Assembly (NCBI GenBank): GCA_000004985.1
Contig: GG738845.1
DNA: 64,000 nt
Strand: one strand, 5' to 3'
Source of the DNA: Naegleria gruberi
Taxonomy: Eukaryota
This document shows positions 1 to 9,823 of the stretch, one piece after another; within the stretch, counting starts at the first letter, position 1; each line of letters opens with the position of its first letter. The position numbers were made by a program, and so were the translations under genes. The notes beneath the pieces were generated by a model. That model was not told the DNA's origin. It saw nothing but the letters and a program-made list of their open reading frames with translations, and ran no database searches.

Positions 1-1125
1 GTGGTTGGTTTGCTTGCAGTCATTTTTTATAATTTCACTCCAAAAAACAAAAGAGGAGCTTTGTTTTATAGTTTTTCGCACAGCGAATAATTTCGGATGC
101 AGCAAGACAAAGTGCTATGAGGACTTGCGATAAGTACTCTTAATGCTCATTGAGTTTTAAACTCACAAATGCTCCATGTATATCACTTAGGTCAATAATT
201 TGAAAGTATTCCTCATATGGATAATCTTCTACTTTTCCCTGTGTTGAAGCAGCTGCAATTCAACATAATAGTTTTGAAATAGAGATACACCTGATTCCTT
301 CCAATAAAAGCTCTTGAATTATGGTTAAATCTGTTAATGCTTGTGGATTAACATCTAATGGGAAAGAGAGGAAACAGAAAGAATAAACTTTTATTGTAAT
401 TAGTTTCATTTCCTCTTTCAGAAAACAGAATGGATCTATCGATATCTATTGAAATTCTTTCAATCAGATGTTTCAAATTTGAGATAAGGTTACAATGAGA
501 GGTGGTGATATGTACATGGGTAAGGAGTACAAGAATGGCCTCAAAGATCAACAATCTTCTTCACATAAAACATTTGTTCCATCAATTGATTTGTCGACTT
601 GTGATCTATCGATCTTAATTGTTCAAGTGCTTGGGACATGTCTCTTTTACTAGGCGATTTGTATCGAAACGAGGAATTAGAAGAAGGTGGCAATAATGCT
701 GAAGAATTATTCAAACCGTTAGTGTGATCTGGCATCGTACGTGTTGATTGAGGTGTTTTTTTTGTACAATGTTTATCGTTGTTAAGGCGTAAACTTGGAG
801 TGTTGTTTTAAACAAACACCAATTCCCCTATTATCTACAAAATAGTGAAAAACATCTATTTTTAATCAAGGACATTGTACGCCATAGAGATGAACAATCT
901 TACAACATTAAAGGTTCACCAGTTTTAAATTGAATTTGATCAATAAGGTCATCATGAAAAGATACCACAAATACAGCCCCGGATAACTATGTCTAGGCAA
1001 TACCATTTAGAAATTGCTTTCCTTTTTCTGATGTTGGATTTTGTGCTCTGTAAACGTCGTTAGATTCCAAATAACATTGAGGAATTAATTGATTGTGAAC
1101 AAGCAAAGGGCAATTCATACAAGGT

Positions 1126-2391
1126 TTATTCATGCAATTCCAAAATGAAATCATTCAATTTGTTTGCAACAAATTTCCACTCAACATCCAAAACCATATT
1201 GTGACCTACTTGAACGCTGTTTGGAATTAAAACAGAGTGAACTTGATGATGTGGTTTAGAGTCCAAAATTAATTTCCAAAATTCCACAATCTTTTCAAAC
1301 TGACCAACTGAAAAGAAGGTATCCTTTTCAATACCTAACACCATAATATTAAATCTTCTCTTGCTAAAATATTCCATGATTGGTGTAGGATTCAATGAAC
1401 AAGTAAGGGCATCAAGATAATAAATGATACTCTCTGGGTAGAGTGGAACTTGTTTGGAGATTTCTTCAATTTGAGACTCACTTGTCTTTTCATGGTAGAG
1501 GAAATGTTTGGTATGTTTGGTTGTTTTGGTGACAAGTGGATCCAATCTTTGAGTGAGAACCATATCCAAGGCAATACTAGGGTCATATAAAAGAGAAGGT
1601 AAAATATTGTCAAATCTGTGGATTGGAGGAATGGATCCTAACAAGATTACAGATCTAATGATAACACTCTGATCATTTTTCGAGGCGAGAGATTCCAAAT
1701 ATTTCTGACAAACCAAGCCACCTAAAGAGTGACAAACAAGAATTACCTTTTCACCCTTGTAATTGTTGTCAATAATTGTTTTCAAATCTTTTACATAATC
1801 ATGCAATCTCAGCCACTTAATATATTCGGAATGACTCGATTGACCATGTCCAGTCATGGAAAAGGCACCAAGTGATTTAATATTTGGATTTTCAATCTTT
1901 TGAAAATATGGGAAATAATTAACAAGCCATTCTTCCTTTCCTCCAAAGGCCCCATGCACAAATAATAAATTATAACCCTGATTACTGGGTAATTTTTCAT
2001 TATAAACTCTAGTAAAATCCAACTTTCTAGTTTCCTCTTTAATAAAAGAAAATTCTTCATTAGTAATAAATAATCCCAACAAGACGCTAACTAATACAAT
2101 CACATAGCTTAAATTTGTACAACAAGAAATGAGAAAGGATGGCCCTTCTCGTTGAGCTCTTTGAATTAATTTCCTATCGGAATGTTCTTGGTGGTGGTGA
2201 TGATGATCGTGGTGATGTTCCTCCGAAGAGTGAAGATCTTCAATTTGATTTCTCTTTCTGAGTGTTGGTGTATTTTGCATTTTTTTAAATTTTGAATAAT
2301 AACCTAATGTAAACAATAGTAAACAATAGATGAAATTTGTAGTTTTTAATATCATAAAAATTTCTATTAATTTTCTTATTGAATTATACAA
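1126..2391 (-). CDS. alpha/beta-hydrolase fold protein (lipase/esterase-like) with N-terminal His-rich tract and TM segment
   Basis: 421-aa ORF. Nucleophile-elbow motif VCHSLGGLV (GxSxG) follows LFVHGAFGG. N-terminal HHHDHHHHHQEH tract and a hydrophobic helix. The exact family is not assignable by eye. Confidence 0.6.
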   Translation of the reverse strand: MYNSIRKLIEIFMILKTTNFIYCLLLFTLGYYSKFKKMQNTPTLRKRNQIEDLHSSEEHHHDHHHHHQEHSDRKLIQRAQREGPSFLISCCTNLSYVIVLVSVLLGLFITNEEFSFIKEETRKLDFTRVYNEKLPSNQGYNLLFVHGAFGGKEEWLVNYFPYFQKIENPNIKSLGAFSMTGHGQSSHSEYIKWLRLHDYVKDLKTIIDNNYKGEKVILVCHSLGGLVCQKYLESLASKNDQSVIIRSVILLGSIPPIHRFDNILPSLLYDPSIALDMVLTQRLDPLVTKTTKHTKHFLYHEKTSESQIEEISKQVPLYPESIIYYLDALTCSLNPTPIMEYFSKRRFNIMVLGIEKDTFFSVGQFEKIVEFWKLILDSKPHHQVHSVLIPNSVQVGHNMVLDVEWKFVANKLNDFILELHE

Positions 2392-3641
2392 TATATCAAT
2401 GCTCCAAGAAACCTTTGAGTTTTCTGTTCACCCAACATGAAAAAATTCAATCAAAAAAAATGTTCAACAATAATTCATTGCGTAAAGTTTTAAATGTTAC
2501 CCTTGCGACTCATCACACTTCCGTTTCAACATTTGGCTTGTTTTCATCACGATGGAATTGCCTCTCGAGACGATGCTATGCGACAGTAGTTACTAAAACT
2601 ACTACAGCCAACACCAACACTACAATAACAAACAATCACTCTCAACAACAAATTGATATTCAGCAAACACCAATTTTAAATAGTTCCACGAAAATCCAAA
2701 TATCCAAGAGCGGGAAGATTTATACTGAAACGAATTTAACACCTGGATTACAAAAATTCTTGGAAAAATCCAGAATCATTAACAGAGAGTTAGCAAAAAG
2801 TGGAACACCTGAAAATAAGGACACCAAATTGGATAACGATACAGATGCTCATTTACAAACATTATTACTGAGAAGTGTCACTCATGCATCTTATGGAACT
2901 GGTAAAGTTAGGAGTCAAGAACGATTGAGTTTTATTGGATCATTTGTATTGAATATGGTTTTAACAGAAATAATTTCTCAAAAGTATATGGTTAATCAAA
3001 ATAATTGTGGACGCGAGAATTTTAACACTGTCAATCTTATCAAATCCATCTACAATAATAGATCATTTTTGGCCTTTATTGTGGCTAATCAATATTGGAA
3101 TTTGTCAAATCAATACAACAATAAGACAGTTGAAAATGATACTAAATTGAACAAATCATTGAATCAAATTTGTACCAAATATAATATTACAGACTTGAAT
3201 GATAATATAATTGAAGTAGATAACGAGCATTATACATTACGTGTTGTTGGATGGAATGAAATGTCATTCAAATCACAAGTTGAAATTTTATCCAATACAG
3301 TCAATGCTATCATTGGTACTATTTACAGTAAATGTGGATTACAAGTTGCTAGAGAATTTATTGAAGAAGAGATTATAAAGGAAAGACCAGCAGTAGTTTA
3401 CAAAAAGTTATTATTGCTCGACGAACCACAAATGGTACTGAATGATTTAGCCTCCTCTCAATATTATGCATCCATCAAATTCATTGAAGAGTATGTAAAG
3501 GCCAATAATTGTCACAAATGCACCATCTATGTCAAACAAAATGTAATTGGTGATGCCAACGCCAAAGACAATTTCAAAGCTAAAAAATTGGCTTGTTTTG
3601 ATGGTTTGATGAGATTCCAATCCATGATACCATCCTATTAG
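2379..3641 (+). CDS. RNase III-domain protein, possibly a mitochondrial ribosomal / RNA-processing protein
   Basis: 420-aa ORF. HASYGTG...SQERLSFIGSFVLNMVLTEII resembles the RNase III signature (NERLEFLGDAVL). The N-terminus is basic and Ser/Thr-rich, like a presequence. The first ATG at 2379 overlaps the start of the divergent gene ending at 2391, so the true start is probably the Met near 2457 (aaaaaaaATGttc). Confidence 0.5.
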   Translation: MNYTIYQCSKKPLSFLFTQHEKIQSKKMFNNNSLRKVLNVTLATHHTSVSTFGLFSSRWNCLSRRCYATVVTKTTTANTNTTITNNHSQQQIDIQQTPILNSSTKIQISKSGKIYTETNLTPGLQKFLEKSRIINRELAKSGTPENKDTKLDNDTDAHLQTLLLRSVTHASYGTGKVRSQERLSFIGSFVLNMVLTEIISQKYMVNQNNCGRENFNTVNLIKSIYNNRSFLAFIVANQYWNLSNQYNNKTVENDTKLNKSLNQICTKYNITDLNDNIIEVDNEHYTLRVVGWNEMSFKSQVEILSNTVNAIIGTIYSKCGLQVAREFIEEEIIKERPAVVYKKLLLLDEPQMVLNDLASSQYYASIKFIEEYVKANNCHKCTIYVKQNVIGDANAKDNFKAKKLACFDGLMRFQSMIPSY

Positions 3642-4105
3642 AAATAAATTATTTATACCTTACTAATAATACTCATCATCGTTTAGCGTGCTACTACCAC
3701 CTTATTGGCCCACCGTTTTTTTTAACTCTATTAGTAAAAAAAATAGTTTGAGAATAATAACCATGGGGGAAGAGCTACCACCACGTAAAATATTCTTCCT
3801 CTCTCAATTTGCATTTGGGTCAGCTTGTTGTTTTGTGATTTGTTTTATAGTATGGTTGGGAGTGTTTTTTGGAAGCAATTTCTATGGTAAGTTAATATGG
3901 TATGATTGGAATTTTAGTATGAAATTTTGTACTGTAGAAATTAGAGTTAAGGAAACTTTCCTTCCGACAACTTGTAAGGTTAGTAGTGTCTATTAAGACC
4001 CTCTTAAAATCCTGAATCAACAAAAAGGTAATTAAAAGAGAAGTTCTCTCATACAAACACTGTGAAACTAGTTGCTTTGGTTGTAACGAGTGTGAATATT
4101 CTAAA

Positions 4106-4651
4106 TTGCCTTCTTGCAATAATGCTGATTCTTATTTAACCTATAACTCATCTGCCTATTGTTGTGGAGGTTACATATGTTGCAGTGAGTGTGATTGTGA
4201 TGAAAAAGATCGCCACTGTCGATGCTGTCACAGTATCAGTCATCAAAAATGTAGAATGGATTGTTTTGAATATTGGAGGGGAGAAATTACAATGGAATAT
4301 TTGACCGTGGAAAACAAGACAATTGGTTCACTAATGGTTAAGGATTGCAGAAACGAATTTTCTTGCATTGACATGTATTTTGATTTGTGGAAAGTGAATC
4401 AGACTGGACAATGTTTCTATAATCCTATGAGACCATCAGAGTTTGCCACAAAGAATACCTATAACATGGATGCTTTTAGTGCCATGTATGTTTTTGCAAG
4501 CTTTATAATATTATACTGTTTGCTTTGTGTTCCAAGTTGTACTATCTTTGCATATCTTAAAAGAAATAAGAGTAACGGAGATCAATTAACGAATATTCAT
4601 CCTCCAATAACTATTGTTTCAACAGAACCAAATGTGGATTACAATGTCTGA
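4106..4651 (+). CDS. hypothetical cysteine-rich protein with a C-terminal TM helix; may be the 3' exon of a multi-exon gene starting near 3764
   Basis: 181-aa ORF with dense Cys content (CCGGYICCSECDCDEKDRHCRCCHS) and a hydrophobic C-terminal segment. Upstream in-frame open stretches at 3764-3890 and 4040-4105 are separated by GTAAGT-like sites. No recognisable family. Confidence 0.3.
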   Translation: MPSCNNADSYLTYNSSAYCCGGYICCSECDCDEKDRHCRCCHSISHQKCRMDCFEYWRGEITMEYLTVENKTIGSLMVKDCRNEFSCIDMYFDLWKVNQTGQCFYNPMRPSEFATKNTYNMDAFSAMYVFASFIILYCLLCVPSCTIFAYLKRNKSNGDQLTNIHPPITIVSTEPNVDYNV

Positions 4652-5649
4652 TAATGTGTGTCTTTTGTTGCCTGTTTGAATTGGCCGTAATTAAATTTTA
4701 AGGTAATAGAAACTAGAGTATGATGAGTAATACCTTTATGAATATATATTGTATTTCCTTTAGAATCTAGTAATTTGGTTACCTTGGTAAGTCAAGTGTT
4801 GTATATTTTCACTTTATTAGTTGTAAATGACTTTGAGAATAAATATATATATATAAACAGTTACAATTTAATTTGATTGCAATAATCTAAATGAAAAGCT
4901 ATTAAAAGTACTTTCTTTTTATTAGAGATCCCATGTTTCCCATTTAATATCGAGTAGTAAAAATATGTAAATTAAAAAATGGAAAAAATGTTGAGTTTTG
5001 GTATTTTTTTAAAAAATGTTTTTTTCAAAAAAATTTCGATAAAAACTAGAAATTTATTAGTATTTCAATGAAAAATACGAATTTTCATACATGCGTTGGT
5101 GGGATATGTTTGTCATATTAGATATTTAATAAAAATAAAATAAAAATTTTCGCATGCATTTATATATATATATAAATACATCCGAAAAAATTTTTGTTGA
5201 AAGTTGGTTTATTAGATGGTTAAATTGGTTTATCTGAAAAATCATTTAAAAGTGATTTAGATATAAAGATAATGAAATTAATTGAAAATTAAGAAGCTAA
5301 AATAAATTTTCAAAAATTTATCGATTTGAAATTTAGAAAAGCTTAACAAAGTAATATAAAAAACCATTAATTTTTAAAAATCTTCTAAAGTTGGTATTAT
5401 CATTATGAAGATTATTGATTGGAAGTAATAATCTTTATGGTAAATCCAAAGAAAATGAATTCAAAGAAAGAACAAACTTTGTAAAAATATTACAAAAACA
5501 CTGTTATTAGAAGTAGTAAAAGTAGAGTGATAGTTGTTTATTAAAACAAAGAAAAACTCTTACAACAAGAAATAGACAACTAGATTCATGGAGGTTGATG
5601 GAGTGATAAGTTTAAAAATAAATGGTCCAACTAATATCTAACATCAATT

Positions 5650-5652
<3 letters not shown>

Positions 5653-5680
<28 letters not shown>
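5653..5680. repeat. (TA)n microsatellite in AT-rich gene desert
   Basis: Direct read: atatatatatatatatatatatatatat. Shorter (TA)n tracts also occur near 4845-4856 and 5161-5172. Confidence 0.9.
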
Positions 5681-7430
5681 TTCAAATATCATCATTTGAC
5701 TACTTTCAGCTTTTATTGTTAAAAACATAAATAAATTTCCGGTGTTTATTACAACTAGGTAAAACTGAAACGGTGCTACTAAGTTGATTAAGGAACCAGG
5801 TCAACAAATGATCCTGTCTTGTTCCTGATAGTGATATCCACTTGATATCAACTACCAAGCAATACTACAAAAGCTATTGCTTTAGATAATTGGCTATCCA
5901 AATGAAAATGTCATTTGATCAAATTATCTGTCACCAAATTGGATATGATCAAATGAAATCCAATAAAATAATAAATTATTAAAAAATTATTGACTTACTA
6001 GATCTGAAATTTCTATTGAAATTATTTTGTGTTAGGGTGGGGTGGTGGGAATTCTTTAGCCACTTGTGGTGTGAAAGTGGCAAGTAAATCTTTTAATGAT
6101 GATGCCATTCTTGTAAATTTTTAAAATTGTTTTTGAAATTTGCTAGTTGACACTTATTTTATTGTTGTTAATAAACCTACATAAGCTTAACGCTTACTGC
6201 GAAAAAATAAAACACAAAAAATCAATTCAACTCAAAAACAAATTTTGTGAAAACTTGAATTTAGACTAAACTACCTAAACGGTACTACTAAGTTTACCAT
6301 TGTTACACTGAGATATTATGATCTTTTTTGGTTTTTTCATTTGTTTGGTTAGTCAATTTGAAGTTTTGAAAAAAGTTGAAGCTGTAGTAGTTTTTGGTTC
6401 ATCAAAAGCAGTTTTTGGTAATTCAAATCAAGAAACAAGGTAATTTAGAATTTTCTAATAAAATTAAAGAACCAATTGTTTATTAGAAAATAATATACAT
6501 CATCTTCCTTCAAAACATAATTCCTTAAACATTTCGAGTCTTTCAAACCTAGTTATTTAAAGCTGAAACAATCGGTGTTTTATTTTTGAGACCTGCTTTT
6601 ATAAATATAAATCTTGTACGATTGAATGAGTTTATTGATGTTAAGAAAAGAACATAGGAAGAATATATTTATCACAAGATTCACAAAGAAAATCAAGGAG
6701 GGATTATTGAAGTTCATTTTAAAAACACAAACATGCAATTTTATTGTACCTTAAAAAGAATTTTATAAGCATCCTTAAGACGTTATTTGATTCAACCAAT
6801 TGGTTGAGTAGGTATTTTAAGAGAATATAATGAATAATTTGGAGCATTTTGGAATGAATTTTTTTTTATAAATAATTTGATAAATCATATTCTCAATTTA
6901 AATGTAGAGAAATAGAAAATTATTATGAAGGCTATTTACAACTCATTTTACAGGAAATACTTATATTTAAGAAACGAACTAAGTGTTCGAATACTTGATT
7001 GCCCTAATTAATCATCTGTTCATGTTGTTTTTGAATTGTTGATTTTATCATTAAATAAATCACCAAATCAACAATCAACCAACATGAAATAACTTTGTAG
7101 TTGTTATATTTAAAAGATGTTAGGGTTTTGTTATTTATTGAATACAGAATAATAAAAGAATCAATTTGGTTTTCCTGATGAATTAAAAAATGTGTTTGAT
7201 GTGTCGGCATTTTTGTAATAACTGTCTAATAGAATATAATTTGACAACAAATTCAGGCTAGAAATTACATTTCAATTTATGAAATAAACTTTATTTCATA
7301 TCATGGTTATTTAAAATACAATATCTCAAAAATGGATCTTGTGTATTAAATAAGATAATTAGTTCGTTTCTGTTTTAGGTTTGAAAAAAATTTCAAATAA
7401 AATACCCTTCATTAAATCCAAGTTTAAAAA

Positions 7431-9795
7431 ATGTCTTTCATTGTAAGAGGGGTTAAAGATGGACATTTTATTGCATTACATTTTGATCGGAATAATAATG
7501 AATTGATAGAGGAATGGTTTGAGTGGAATGGTAATGATTTAGCATTAAAGAAATCCTCCATATTGCAATTATTTACATCACATCCTCCTATCAATCAAGT
7601 AGAATTGTTTGAAATATTTAATACAACTATCGGAATGTAGGTAGAATTTAACGAATTATGTGATTTTAATATAATTCATAGATCACAAATATACATGGTA
7701 TCACTATTAAATAATTATCAAACCATGATGATTCATGTAAAATTGTGTGGACAAATGAATAATAATTGGTTAAAGTGTTTTGAAATGGATACAAGTGATC
7801 AATTTAATGAAAAATCTAAATTGGAAATATATGGATTGGATGGGCCTAATTTTATTATGAAACAGGATTCACACTTGTTTTATATTAATTCTAATAATGA
7901 GGTATTATTTACGAATTTAAATGAAGAAGAATCGAGTGACGTGAAATTTAAAATTATTTATTGTGATTACATTGGTGGTGATAGAGATTTTGTTAATATT
8001 GTATTGGCATCGAATAAGAATCAGTACAGTTTATTTAATGTACCAGTTTGTTGTTCTCGTAATGAGTGTTCATTCATTGAGTGGTGTGACAAGATTAATG
8101 ATCAATTTAAACTACCTCAAGCAACTTTTTCAACACATAGTTCCTGTTTAGCATTTCACAACGATTCTACATTTATTGGAAGTGTGGAGAAACAGATATT
8201 AATATTCAAAGATAATTTAATTAATAAGTGTATAGAAATCAAGTCTATTCCCGTTAAAATTAATGTATTGACAATTAATAGCCATCCAGTAAAGGAAGAA
8301 TATCTGATTGTACACACATCCGATAGACGAGTGAGTATAGTTTCACTTCTCGACTACTCTATTCAACAAGGTATGTGTTTCAAAATAGACTATTAATCTT
8401 TAATCTACTCTAGAAATCCAAGGTGTTTTAGAATATCATATTGGGGATTTTATGTATTCAGGTTCTCAACAATTAATTTGTTTTCATACTGAATTGAGTT
8501 TTGGGAAAGTATCATACACACTTATACCTAATATGAACGAATCCATTACTGATGGAAACATTACCATTAAAGAGAAGAATATTAAGGGAAAGCACTTGTA
8601 TTCCGTTCTGAGATCTCTTGCATCACGAATTGAACAATGTCACCATGATTTAACCAAAATTGAGAGCAATACCTTTTTCAAATCTCAATTAATTCAACAT
8701 CAACAAGAGGTCACTCTGGATATTTTGAAAGGTATCAACTCTAGCTCTACCGAAATCGAGGCTTTGGATGAAAATGAAGAGTTGGAAATTGGCACTAGGA
8801 TTTTATTCAAAAATAATTCAATTAATTTTGGAAATACTTTATTCTATGATAAAAGAATAGAAGGAAAAAATAACAAGGATACATCAGATATCACCATTCA
8901 GTATGCTTCTCAATCCTTTAATATTAATCAGTGGACAATAAGAACGATGTTCAATAAGTGTAATCCCAACTTGGATTTATTAATAGTACCAATTTCAAAC
9001 ACTGTTAATATGGAGAGTGAAATATTCAAATCTGAAAACTCTGAAACATCTGATCTCGTCCTGAAAATGAAAACTCCCCAACACTATTCAGATCCAAATC
9101 TCTCTGTAAAGTGTATGGTTATCAAGAGAGATACCACCAACCCAAATCAAACTCAATTCGAATATCTTGGAAGTATTCAACCTTCAAGCACGGATAAACT
9201 ATTTGGAATCAAGCCATCCCCCATAGAAATTGAACAACCTGATATCCAACATGTACAATTCATTTTGATGAGGAACAACAAATCACATTCTGGCACTTCA
9301 ATAGAGCAAATACTAAAAGAGTGCCTCTCCAATGAGCTAGGTATGAATATTTCAGAAAATCCTTCAAAAACTGACTCGCCAACAATACCGACTACCAATT
9401 TTGAATTTAACACACTCTCTAAGGGTTACAGTTCATCCCTCTACTATCGAGTCCAATATTATAGTGAACAAGTTGTTGAAAATGAAAGTTCATTAATATG
9501 TAATCTATATGCAGATACCAATGAAACTGTCATGTTAGTGATTGAGAAAATTCAACAAACCCTAAAATCTGAAAATGTTATACTCCTTCTCTCACCTCTA
9601 ACAATGATGAACGATCGAAGGGAATTAATATCAAGTTTATCAAGGGAAATCAAGCACGTCATTTTCAAATTACACGATCATGTTAAAAAGATGACACTAA
9701 TGAACCCACAAGAGAGGGAAATTCAAAACGACATTCTTATCTATCTTCAATTACAAATGGAAAGTGATAAGGTAATTTCAAAATTATTGGAATAA
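7431..9795 (+). CDS. hypothetical protein, 3 exons (about 750 aa)
   Basis: ORFs 7431-7640, 7695-8396 and 8452-9795 are collinear. They are joined by short introns with GTAGGT...CATAG (about 7637-7684) and GTATGT...CTCTAG (about 8380-8412). Mild Asn/Ser enrichment; no family recognised. Confidence 0.45.
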
Positions 9796-9823
9796 AAAAG
9801 ATCTTTCAAAATTAAAAAAATAA

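Noticed and set aside
3688-3996. 102-aa ORF as an independent gene
   Set aside because: It contains in-frame GTAAGT and stop codons in neighbouring frames. It is more likely a mis-framed part of a multi-exon Cys-rich membrane protein gene that ends at 4651, so only the 3' ORF is reported, with low confidence.
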